From assembly GCA_041615815.1 (NCBI GenBank), contig JBFJCP010000002.1:1-64000 (forward strand): 64,000 bases of DNA, in the 5' to 3' direction. Positions 9,581 to 18,363 of this stretch are shown here, one piece after another. A program made the translations under genes and the position numbers. How positions within the stretch are numbered: position 1 is the stretch's first letter; every line of letters starts with the position of its first letter. The stretch is from Gemmatimonadales bacterium (lineage in GTDB: Bacteria; Gemmatimonadota; Gemmatimonadetes; Gemmatimonadales; GWC2-71-9). The notes under the pieces are model-generated. The model searched no databases. It was not told where the DNA came from and saw only the letters and a program-made list of their open reading frames with translations.

Positions 9581-10711
9581 ATGTGGTCACCGGGCTCGCT
9601 CGATGGCGTCCATGCAGTTGCGGAGTCGATCGCGGCCAAGGGTTACAACAACCTTTATCGCGCCAGCTGCTATTTCGCGGATCCTGCGAGATACCGGTCA
9701 TTCTGCGCCCTCTATGCCGTCATGCGGGTCGTGGACGATCGTATTGATGAACTCGTCGTTCGACGACACCTGACCGAAGCGGAGCGGCGCAGGGAAACAG
9801 AGGTGTTGGAGGGTTGGCGTTGTGCGGTGAAAGACTGCCTGAGGGAACGCGAGCCCCGGCTTATCGACGTGACCCGCACCGAGCATCCGGACGCAACGCC
9901 AATGCTCGATACCTTCGCCGCAGCCGTGCGCACCTTCCCCACTCCCGCGCACCTGTGGGACCGGTTCTTCGCGGCCATGCGACGCGATCTCGAGCAACGG
10001 CGATTTGCGACGTATGGAGAGTTCGTCGACTACGCCGGGGGCGCCGCCGTCTCACCAGCGACTATCTATCTGTACTTGATTGCGGCCGAGCGCGACGACG
10101 GATCCGGCGCTTACCGATCGCCCCCCGACTTCGGGTTGATTCGTTGCGGACGGGAGCTCGGGCTCTTCGCGTACCTCGGTCACATCCTGCGCGATCTCGC
10201 GGATGATCTCGGCGCCGGAGAACAGGGATTGCTGTATCTAGCTCTCGATGACATGGCCGCGCACGGCGTGGCGGAAGAGGGTCTGCGTGCCGACCTCGCG
10301 GCCCAGAAAGCCGGGCCCCGACTCCGGGCCCTCACGCGAGACCTGTCGGATCGGGCGCGCGTGCTGGTGAGACGCGGGCGTTCTCGCCTGAGGGCTCTCG
10401 AGAACCGGCTCAGTGTTGACCGTGCGTTCATCCTCGAGCTCATCATCCGCACGTACGAGGCGGTGCTGCACAAGATTGCGCAGCATTCCTTCGATACGAT
10501 GTCGGCACGTCACCGCCTCACGGAACGGGAGAAGCAGGCCATCGTGAAGAGCGTTGCCCGAGAATCCCGGCAGGATTGTTACCTGACTGCTGAAGCGGGA
10601 CCATACGGCCGCTTGTGGGTCCATTCGCTAGGAGGCCGAAGGGCCATTTACCCAGTCTACGATCCACGAATGAGGAGCGGCCTCACCCCAGACGAGAAGT
10701 TACACGGATAA
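9581..10711 (+). CDS. Squalene/phytoene synthase family protein
   Basis: LYAVMRVVDDRIDE (DDxxD), AMRRDL, HILRDLADD, LYL; start uncertain. Confidence 0.8.
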   Translation: MWSPGSLDGVHAVAESIAAKGYNNLYRASCYFADPARYRSFCALYAVMRVVDDRIDELVVRRHLTEAERRRETEVLEGWRCAVKDCLREREPRLIDVTRTEHPDATPMLDTFAAAVRTFPTPAHLWDRFFAAMRRDLEQRRFATYGEFVDYAGGAAVSPATIYLYLIAAERDDGSGAYRSPPDFGLIRCGRELGLFAYLGHILRDLADDLGAGEQGLLYLALDDMAAHGVAEEGLRADLAAQKAGPRLRALTRDLSDRARVLVRRGRSRLRALENRLSVDRAFILELIIRTYEAVLHKIAQHSFDTMSARHRLTEREKQAIVKSVARESRQDCYLTAEAGPYGRLWVHSLGGRRAIYPVYDPRMRSGLTPDEKLHG

Positions 10712-10739
10712 GTGGATTTGGCCGGTACGACCGAGTGGG

Positions 10740-11849
10740 TCAGGGCGAGAAGATGCGAGTGCTGGGGTAATAGACCGACCAGGAGAACCAGAACAGCGTC
10801 CACGCGTCGGTGACGGGCGAAAGCCGCTCGCCCTCGAGCGGCCCCGAGACCGCCTCTCCACTCGCGTTCCATGTCGATCCGGTCTCTCGGTCGGTGAAGG
10901 TGTCCTGCGCGGCATTGGCGACGTCGAAGGTCAGCTCGCGCTCGCCCACCCGTCGGTCGAAGGCTCGCGCCGTCCTGGCAGCGCCGATCCAGGTCACGAG
11001 GACGGGCAGGCCGCCGATCCGGTCGTTGACCGCCGCGACCAACCCCAGATCTGCCAACACGCCGAACGGGTACGCCGCCGAAAACGGTCCGACTCGCACG
11101 CCGAGGACTGGTTCTTTCGGGGGACGCGCACGATTCCACGGCGAGGACGGAACGAACGTGACCTCGTTCTCCGGATCGTCATAATTGGGGTAGGGGTACT
11201 CGCCATACGGACGAGAGAATCCCGTCCGATCCGTCATCGCCGTCGTGCCCGGATGCAGTGCCTTCCAGTGACCCCACGTTGTCTCGATGACCGGCAGGCG
11301 CTCGAGCGGAGTCCCGCGCTCGGGTCCGCACTGGGCGCTGAGGAGCATTTGGATCCAGAAGCTCTCGGTGTCCCGGTCGAACATGATGAGGTTGTTCTCG
11401 AACAGGAGCCCAGAGACGCCAAAAATCCGGGTTGTGCCGTCGACGACCGGGTCGAACGCGAGTCCGGAACCGGTGAGAGGACAGTAACTCACCAGGACCG
11501 CGCGCCCGCCTAGCGTGTCGTTCACCACTTCGTGCCACCAGAGCACGAACAGTGGATAGGCCCGCGCCGCCCCGTTCACTTCGACACCCATCACCCGCAT
11601 GGTGTCGTGTATGATGCCCGTGGACGCATCGGCCATGACGGACTCGGGAAAATTCAGCGCCGGAATACCGTCTCGGCCAACCCCGCCGTCGAAGATCTGG
11701 GAGCTCGGGAACAAGCACTTGAAGTTGGGCCCCACCTCCGGTTCTTCCGGAAACACCGGGATGGTTGGGGAGCTGCAGGCGCCGAGTACGGCGCACACGC
11801 ACGCGTGCACCACGGAGAGGGAACCGGACCCGCGAGGGGTAGCACTCAT
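10740..11849 (-). CDS. DUF3179-domain lipoprotein
   Basis: Lipobox LGAC; DGIPAL, RAYP, HEVVND, YCPLTGS, FGVSGLL..NNLIMFDR.T.S.W.Q, WFSW. Confidence 0.85.
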   Translation of the reverse strand: MSATPRGSGSLSVVHACVCAVLGACSSPTIPVFPEEPEVGPNFKCLFPSSQIFDGGVGRDGIPALNFPESVMADASTGIIHDTMRVMGVEVNGAARAYPLFVLWWHEVVNDTLGGRAVLVSYCPLTGSGLAFDPVVDGTTRIFGVSGLLFENNLIMFDRDTESFWIQMLLSAQCGPERGTPLERLPVIETTWGHWKALHPGTTAMTDRTGFSRPYGEYPYPNYDDPENEVTFVPSSPWNRARPPKEPVLGVRVGPFSAAYPFGVLADLGLVAAVNDRIGGLPVLVTWIGAARTARAFDRRVGERELTFDVANAAQDTFTDRETGSTWNASGEAVSGPLEGERLSPVTDAWTLFWFSWSVYYPSTRIFSP

Positions 11850-11969
11850 GGCAACCTTGGTAACGGAGCCGCCGGGTTGAGGGTTCCCGCGGGTAGGCAC
11901 CGGTCGCCCGGACTCTCTCACGGCAGAAATGGATGCACGCAACCCGAGGTGCTCGCGCGGGCCATGGCG

Positions 11970-12572
11970 TCACGCATGGTCCCGCACATCCAACACGGTT
12001 CCCGTTTGCTTCCCCTCGACCGAGGCCACGTACGCTCTGGCCACGACCCTCGCTGGCATCCCGGCGGTGCTATCCATCCCGATCGCTTCCATGGTCTCTT
12101 TCACGAACACCGGGCTCACCACGTTTATGCGAATCCCACGTGGCAACTCCAAGGCTGCTGCGCGCGCAAATCCTTCCAGTCCGGCGTTCGCCAAACTGAT
12201 AGCGGCGCTGCCCGGCATCGGTGTCTGGGCTAGGATTCCACTCGTCAGGGTGAATGATCCACCGTCGGTGACATGAGCAACGCCGACACGCACGAGGTTC
12301 ACCTGGCCGAGCAACTTGTTGTGCAGTGCAAGCGCGAAATCCTCGTCTGTGAGATCGGCCAGTCTACCGAAGCGCGCGTCACCGGCCGTCGAGACGACGG
12401 CGTCAACGGTGCCAACGGTCTCGAAGAGCGCGGCGATCGATGGCTTGGAGGCCAGATCAACCGTGTAGTCTCCACGCCGGAGGCCAACCCGGAGGATTTC
12501 GTGATTCGTCCCCAGGGCATCGACCACGGCCCGGCCGATGATTCCCGTCGCACCGATGACTACGATTCGCAC
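11970..12572 (-). CDS. Short-chain dehydrogenase
   Basis: GATGIIG Rossmann motif, KLLGQVNLV, RINVVSP; GTG start with AGGAG RBS. Confidence 0.88.
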   Translation of the reverse strand: MRIVVIGATGIIGRAVVDALGTNHEILRVGLRRGDYTVDLASKPSIAALFETVGTVDAVVSTAGDARFGRLADLTDEDFALALHNKLLGQVNLVRVGVAHVTDGGSFTLTSGILAQTPMPGSAAISLANAGLEGFARAAALELPRGIRINVVSPVFVKETMEAIGMDSTAGMPARVVARAYVASVEGKQTGTVLDVRDHA

Positions 12573-13060
12573 GCTGCTCCTTTTCCTTGACGGCTCGTTC
12601 CGAGGGACGATCGAAAGATCGGTTGGCGGTTCGCCGCATCGATTTCCCCAAGTTGCGGACAGGCGCTGGCGGGCGAAAGGGTGGGGCCAGGAAAGAATGC
12701 GGCGGCCGCGGTTTGATGGATGAAGAACGTGGATCGGTGCAGCCGAAAGACGCTTCTCGTGCCTGCAGCCATCCGCGCTCAGTACCCTCATCTGGCGCTA
12801 AACGGACCTGGCGTCATACCCAACTGCTCAAACGGAAACATGCGGGCACGGCTGGATCCATCTCTGGCGAGCCCCAAGCCCGGGCGCTGCCTTGCCGTTC
12901 ATAACTTGCGTTGCCGCGACCAACCTCTCCAGGGGACTTCTACCCCGAAGTCACCATCCATGCTGGGCACACGAAAGCGAAGCGCCAGGCGGGGGACCGG
13001 GCGCTGTGGAAGCCCCGAACGCCGCTGGGACGCTCGGGGGCCTCTCGGGTGGTAGCTACT

Positions 13061-13582
13061 CTACTCTCTGACCTGGATGTTTCCAGATTCGACGTCGTGC
13101 AACAGGGGGAAATCAGGCGTCGCATCACAGAAAGCAGCGGCATCCACGTTTCCAAATGCGATGTAGCTGATCTGGTCCGGGTCGGCGTTCTTGCCCTCGC
13201 CGTTGTCCACAACTCGCAAGATGCCTTCGGTGTCCTCGGCTGAGGGGTTGGTCGACTTGGTGAAGTACACACCGAGCCATGCCCGGTTGCCGTAGAATGT
13301 CATGCAGGTCACGATTCCATGATGGAAATTGGTGCCGCCGTGATTGTTGACCTGAAACTGTCCCTCAACTGTGCGGTCAGCGTACTTCCGGGCATTGATT
13401 GAGAAAGTACGCCATATATCCGTCGCCGGTCGCGTGGTGTGACCGCTCCCGGTTACCGACTGAACGACCGGGCCCGAGCTGTTGAACAGGGGTCCTTTAG
13501 TCAGCTCAGTTGGGAGCGGCTGGTCGGCGCAGCCGATCAGCAGAGCTACAGCTGCAAGCGGGGTGATCTTGGCTAGACGCAT
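13061..13582 (-). CDS. Hypothetical secreted lipoprotein (paralog of 14939-15529)
   Basis: Lipobox LIGC, GGAGG RBS; shares NA...ADG.V.G, V.C, D.GEG.NA.PD, GNIQV with the paralog. Confidence 0.75.
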   Translation of the reverse strand: MRLAKITPLAAVALLIGCADQPLPTELTKGPLFNSSGPVVQSVTGSGHTTRPATDIWRTFSINARKYADRTVEGQFQVNNHGGTNFHHGIVTCMTFYGNRAWLGVYFTKSTNPSAEDTEGILRVVDNGEGKNADPDQISYIAFGNVDAAAFCDATPDFPLLHDVESGNIQVRE

Positions 13583-13969
13583 GGTGTCACCTCCGAATCA
13601 GGAAGGTTGCACTCCTCCCGTCGATGGTCTGGCAGTCTCGTCGTCGGGGTGGGCGTCCTGGAGGGTGGGGCGTCTACTGCGGCGGCGGGGCCACTTAGGC
13701 CACCGAGTGAATGTTCGTTTCAGGAGACCACAGGTGATGAAAGGGACATGAAATGGTCGTGAGATCCTCGTGAACTCACAAGCCGTCAAGACTCGCGAGA
13801 GTTGCAGCAGCACTGCAGGGGGAAGAGTGAAGCGCACAAGGCGGGACATGATACGACCGCGCACGCCGAGACGCTGCGCTTGAGTTTGTTGGCGACACAG
13901 ATGGGAAGCAACGCACGCCGAGCCCTACCGACAAGCCGTAACGAGCAACCCATCAGCCCACCCCACCCA

Positions 13970-14230
13970 CCGAAGCCCGTCCTCTACGACGCGATGAACG
14001 AGCAGCTTAAGTTGCTCGAAGAGCGTGCCGGTGTCGCAACGATCAAGGGTCGGAGCTTCCACGCCTTCCGGCGGACGCTGACCACTGCCCTCATCGACGC
14101 CGTGGGATTGGATGCCGCCAGTGCCTGGATCGGCGACCGGCCGGAGGTGTTGCTGCGTGCGTATCTGCGGACGAATCAGCAGAACGTTGGGCAGGCCGCA
14201 GCAGCAATAACCCGGCTTTTTAGCGGCCCA
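13970..14230 (+). pseudogene. C-terminal remnant of a tyrosine recombinase/integrase
   Basis: SFHAFRRT (HxxR box), WIGD, and AY where the catalytic Tyr is expected; N-terminal part missing; next to a tRNA-Trp 3-prime copy. Confidence 0.75.
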
Positions 14231-14308
14231 ACGACTGCCAAGCGGCTGCCACACGAAGAAGCCCCGCCGAGCGGGGCTCTAAGTGGTGTATCCGAAAGCG
14301 ATTTAGCG

Positions 14309-14327
14309 ACAGGCCCGGCAGGACTCG
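14309..14327 (-). repeat. Partial att-like copy of the tRNA-Trp 3-prime end
   Basis: CAGGCCCGGCAGGACTCG (14310-14327) is identical to 16603-16620. Confidence 0.8.
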
Positions 14328-14385
14328 GAACCGACTGCCGCGAGCGGGAGCGCAGCGGCGAGGTCCAAGAGCCAGGCGGGGATGC

Positions 14386-14411
14386 AAAAGCCGCGACCGA
14401 AGTCGCGGCTT
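14386..14411 (-). terminator. Terminator downstream of the displaced tRNA-Trp 3-prime end
   Basis: Minus strand AAGCCGCGAC-TTCG-GTCGCGGCTTTT. Confidence 0.75.
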
Positions 14412-14471
14412 GAGCAGGCCCGGCAGGACTCGAACCTGCAACCCCCGGTTTTGGAGTTCTCACCAGTCTTT

Positions 14472-14572
14472 TGCGTCTGGCTGCGTCTGGCTCCATCTGG
14501 CTGCGTTTCTTGGGAATAACACCCGGACCTTTTGCGTCTGACCCCGTCTGGTTGCGCCTGTCTGCGGGTTTA
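14472..14572 (+). repeat. Two blocks of four 10-bp phased direct repeats (consensus TGCGTCTGGC)
   Basis: Blocks at 14472-14511 and 14533-14572. Confidence 0.75.
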
Positions 14573-14938
14573 TGTGCCCAAGAATGTGCCCAAGTTCTTG
14601 GGGCACCACTTACTCGTTCCCCACCTTCGCCTTTATCCCGTGAACAGCGATGACATAGATCTGCACGTTGCGGAGGGTCGGGTGCGCGCGGGCCGGCGCG
14701 CTCTGTGGTCCTCCCACGGGGGATCAGCCCGTCGCGGCCGACCTGTCATCTGGGGAACAGGCAGGTCGCGAGGCCGATCACCTCCCCAAAGCCGCAGTTG
14801 GGCCCGCGCGCTACGCAGACGATCAGGGCGATGGGGGCAAAATGTCGGAAAGCTGCGCAGTGGACATCCTTGAGACCGCGTTTGCGGATGAAAAAAGCGG
14901 CTCCAAGGGAACCGCCCTCCTCATGCACCTACCAACCC

Positions 14939-15529
14939 CTAGGATGGGGAGCTGGGGTTCACCTGAATATTGCCGTTATCGGGTTCCCTGAAGAAACCGA
15001 GCACAAACGGCGGCAGGCTAATCGCCTCACAGGTCCCAGAAGCATCGGCGGGCACTCCGTTAGGGTACGCCACCGCGGGAGGGAAGTCAGACAATATCAT
15101 GTCGGGAGCGGCGTTGACTCCTTCACCACCGTCGATGAGGAACGTCAGTCCGTAGGGCCCAGCCACGTCGGGAACCGTGGGCCTCGGAAAGTCAGTACCG
15201 ACAGCGAGGACGTCTACACCCGCCACTTGAAGCCAGGCCATGCAGACGACGTTTCCGCGAAACGTTCGATCAAAAAAACTACTCATGTACATTGCGTTGC
15301 CCTTCACGGCGCCGTCTGCGTGCTGCTTGGCATTCAAGGCGAATTGGTCTTGACCAAATGGGAGAGTGACTTGCCCAGCACCCGAGGCCATCTGCACATA
15401 TGGTCCGCCGGTTCCGTTATGCACGCTGAGCCACCGCGCGTCCTCTAACGGCGAAACGGGTTCCTCACTACAGGCAACGACAGTAAGTACAGCCACCAGC
15501 AATAAGGAAACTGGTTGGAACCGTCTCAT
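14939..15529 (-). CDS. Hypothetical secreted lipoprotein (islet cargo)
   Basis: Lipobox VVAC, AGGAGG RBS; paralog of 13061-13582. Confidence 0.75.
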   Translation of the reverse strand: MRRFQPVSLLLVAVLTVVACSEEPVSPLEDARWLSVHNGTGGPYVQMASGAGQVTLPFGQDQFALNAKQHADGAVKGNAMYMSSFFDRTFRGNVVCMAWLQVAGVDVLAVGTDFPRPTVPDVAGPYGLTFLIDGGEGVNAAPDMILSDFPPAVAYPNGVPADASGTCEAISLPPFVLGFFREPDNGNIQVNPSSPS

Positions 15530-15900
15530 GGAGTCCTCCTTGAACAGGAATTCAACAGATCGTGCTGTCGTTGGCTCGCAAGTGGCGATGACGGCTGGCG
15601 TCAGTCGCGCAGCGTCGCTGGTGAGTCATCGGCAGGTGCGGGAGGGCCCCGCCAGTACCACCACCATGCCGTTGAGCACTCAGGGCGTCAAGAAGTGGCG
15701 TGAACGCAACACCGTGTTTCGAACACGTTGACGCCGTCGGGGACCCAGATCTCACATCGCGAAGTCCAGCCCACCGCTACACCAAGCCCAGGTGCGTGGC
15801 TCCCGACGGGTGCGCAAATCCGGGCGCTCAAGAAGTCAACTGGGTCGAACGACCCACTTTCACCGGGACGCCGGGCCCCGTCGGAGCACTTTAAGCCTTC

Positions 15901-16410
15901 ATGCTCAAACAACTTATGCAGCTGATATCGGACGTGACGTTGGCTACGGCCTTTCCCTCGGCGGCCGACGCCCAGGAGTGGATTGAACCCCGTGTCGATC
16001 GGCCGGGCGTCCATGGGGGGTCCGCGAGCGGACCGTGTAACCGCCCGCGTCCAGCGCCGGATCGCCGACGTCTCGGTCGAGGAGTGGTTTCGAAACACCG
16101 GCGGCGGCTTGGGTGAGGGTGATTATCTCTACCCGCTCCCCGGCGAGGCCGTGTTCAGCAACTTCTCGCTATTCCAGGACGATCAAGAACTCCGAGGCGA
16201 AACCATGGACGCGCGGGAGGCGCGCGCAATTTACGAAGAGATCGTTCGACGAAAGCGCGATCCCGCTCTCATCGAATTGGTGCGACGCGGCCTGCTCCGT
16301 TCACGAGTGTTCCTCATCAACCCCGGCGAGACCCGAAAGATCACACTGCGCTACACGCAGGTCTTGGAGCGGGCTGGAGATGCTCTACAGTTTCCGTACG
16401 CCGCAGGGGG
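15901..16410 (+). pseudogene. Frameshifted, truncated VIT (inter-alpha-trypsin inhibitor) domain gene
   Basis: Signal-like MLKQ...ADAQEWIEP in one frame, then EEWFRN....EGDYLYPLP, ARAIYEEIVRRKRDPALIE, RVF.INPGE in another; no VWA domain follows. Confidence 0.75.
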
Positions 16411-16602
16411 GCGGTACTTGCGCGGAGGCGTCGGTTGTGACCACAGGGGCCCCTGCGACCATTCTGCTGGGCTCAAGCTCTCCGCATCTACTGCTAATCG
16501 CAGAAGAATGGTTGTGCCCAAGAATGTGCCCAAAAAGTGAAAACGGCACCCGCACTGCTGACGCCGTTCCCACAACTCGCAGTATTTCAACCGCTTAGAA
16601 AG

Positions 16603-16675
16603 CAGGCCCGGCAGGACTCGAACCTGCAACCCCCGGTTTTGGAGACCGGTGCTCTACCAATTGAGCTACGAGCCT
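16603..16675 (-). tRNA. tRNA-Trp (CCA)
   Basis: Cloverleaf with AGGCTCG/CGGGCCT acceptor stem, anticodon loop CTCCAAA, GGTTCGAGTCC T-arm; 3-prime CCA not encoded. Confidence 0.97.
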
Positions 16676-16680
16676 AGGCT

Positions 16681-17015
16681 ACGATGGTGCCTTATTTAGG
16701 AGCGATAGGGGGCAGACTTAGGATCTCCCCTCACTCCTGTGCCTTCAAACACGATGGTGCCTTATTTAGGAGCGATAGGGGGCAGACTTCGGATCTCCCC
16801 TCACTCCTGTGCCTTCAAACACGATGATGCCTTACTTAGGAGCGATAGGGGGCAGGCTTAGGATCTCCCCTCACTCCCCGTGCCTTCAAACACGATGGTG
16901 CCTTACTTTGGAACGTTCGGGGGGGCAGCCTTACCATCTCCCCTTATTCCGATGCCTTCGTACCTGCCTTACCTAGGAAAGTCAGGGGGCGAACCCAGAA
17001 TTCGCCCTTGCTCCG
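16681..17015. repeat. Tandem array of about 70-bp hairpin-containing repeats (3 near-identical plus 2 diverged units)
   Basis: Units start at 16681, 16751, 16821, 16892 and about 16964. Confidence 0.95.
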
Positions 17016-17161
17016 ACCCTGTACATCCAGAGGCGTGTTGTTCAGCCTCGCTCTACCCCCCGAGCGTGGCTAAGACCCCCGAGGTCGGCCGGCCTCGTAG
17101 GACGCCGAGAGCTCCTCGCTCTGCCCCCGAACCTTCGTTGGTATGCCAGCGACGAAGCCTA

Positions 17162-17236
17162 GGTGGCTGACGGGGATCGAACCCGCAACCTCCGGAGCCA
17201 CAGTCCGGCGCTCTAACCGATTGAGCTACAGCCACC
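17162..17236 (-). tRNA. tRNA-His (GTG)
   Basis: GTGGCTG/CAGCCAC stem with G-1:C73 pair, anticodon loop CTGTGGC, GGTTCGATCCC; CCA not encoded. Confidence 0.97.
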
Positions 17237-17293
17237 ATGGGGAACCCCAGACTCGGAACGTACCGGGACCCTGGGGGACGGTCAACGGGTTCC

Positions 17294-18043
17294 CTACCCC
17301 GCTTTCCCCTGATTCGCCACCGCCTGCTGCGCCGCCTTCACCGCCTCGGCATCTCCCAAGTAATAGTGGCGAATGGGAGAAAGATCGTCGTCCTCGAGCT
17401 CGTAGACCAAGGGGATACCCGTGGGAATGTTGAGCCCCACGATTTCCTGGTCCGGGACGTCGTCCAAGTATTTGACGAGCGCCCGAAGACTGTTCCCGTG
17501 CGCCGCGATCAGCACCCGCTCACCCCGTCCTACGGCCGGTGCGATCTCGTCCTTCCAGTAAGGAAGGAACCGCGCCACGGTATCCTTGAGGCACTCGGTA
17601 GTCGGGAGATCCTGGGGCGCCAGGCCCGCGTAGCGGGCATCGAACTTGGGATGCCTCGGGTCCTCGGGCTCGAGCGCCGGCGGCCGGATGTCGTAGCTCC
17701 GGCGCCAGATTTTCACCTGTTGCTCGCCATGTTGCTTGGCGGTCTCCGCCTTGTTGAGACCCTGGAGCGCTCCGTAATGGCGCTCGTTGAGCCGCCAGCT
17801 TCGGTGCACAGGGATCCACATGAGGTCCATCTGCTCGAGCGCGATCCAAAGCGTCTTGATAGCCCGTTTGAGTACCGACGTGTACGCCACGTCGAACGTG
17901 TACCCCTCGGCCGTCAGCCGCCGACCAGACTCCAACGCTTCCTCCACACCTTTGTCCGTGAGTCCCACGTCGGTCCAGCCGGTAAACCGGTTCTCCTTGT
18001 TCCAGACACTCTCTCCGTGCCGCAGCAACACCAGCCGTTTCAT
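17294..18043 (-). CDS. gpmA: 2,3-bisphosphoglycerate-dependent phosphoglycerate mutase
   Basis: [51 protein letters not shown]. Confidence 0.97.
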   Translation of the reverse strand: MKRLVLLRHGESVWNKENRFTGWTDVGLTDKGVEEALESGRRLTAEGYTFDVAYTSVLKRAIKTLWIALEQMDLMWIPVHRSWRLNERHYGALQGLNKAETAKQHGEQQVKIWRRSYDIRPPALEPEDPRHPKFDARYAGLAPQDLPTTECLKDTVARFLPYWKDEIAPAVGRGERVLIAAHGNSLRALVKYLDDVPDQEIVGLNIPTGIPLVYELEDDDLSPIRHYYLGDAEAVKAAQQAVANQGKAG

Positions 18044-18363
18044 CCGGTGATTCCCCATGAAACACTCATATCCAAGTGCCTGTCCTTTCGAACCTTGGGA
18101 GGCAAACGCCGTTAACAAGATAACCGAGCGCACGCTCGCTTACGAAACCTTTACAGTGGTCAGACTGTTTTCGTACCCCGTGGAGACCCCGCCATCACCC
18201 GGCCCTGCCGGGGAGGAGCGAGATTGTACGAGGGTTGGGTGCTCCCTCGGACCCCAAAGCAACCCTCGGGCCCTTTATGGCATCTAACCCGTACGAAACC
18301 ACACCGCCGGGCAGTTCGTAGAGCATTGTGTCGCCAGGCTCGCATCTCGGGAGGAGAGAGCCA

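Larger units (their letters stand above)
14413..16644. mobile_element. Integrase-less 2.2-kb islet integrated in tRNA-Trp
   Basis: 44-bp perfect direct repeat at 14413-14456 and 16601-16644 (3-prime half of tRNA-Trp); identical 21-bp TGTGCCCAAGAATGTGCCCAA inside both ends. Confidence 0.85.

Noticed and set aside
13598..13864. Third lipoprotein gene
   Set aside because: Only a degraded signal-like start is visible; no conserved body
13802..14413. Intact 203-aa integrase
   Set aside because: Only the C-terminal catalytic boxes are present; the flanking translation is att or intergenic sequence
14413..14456. Second functional tRNA-Trp
   Set aside because: Only the 3-prime 44 bp are present; the D-arm and 5-prime acceptor strand are absent
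16681..17015. CRISPR array
   Set aside because: Whole units repeat with no unique spacers, and there are no cas genes in the window
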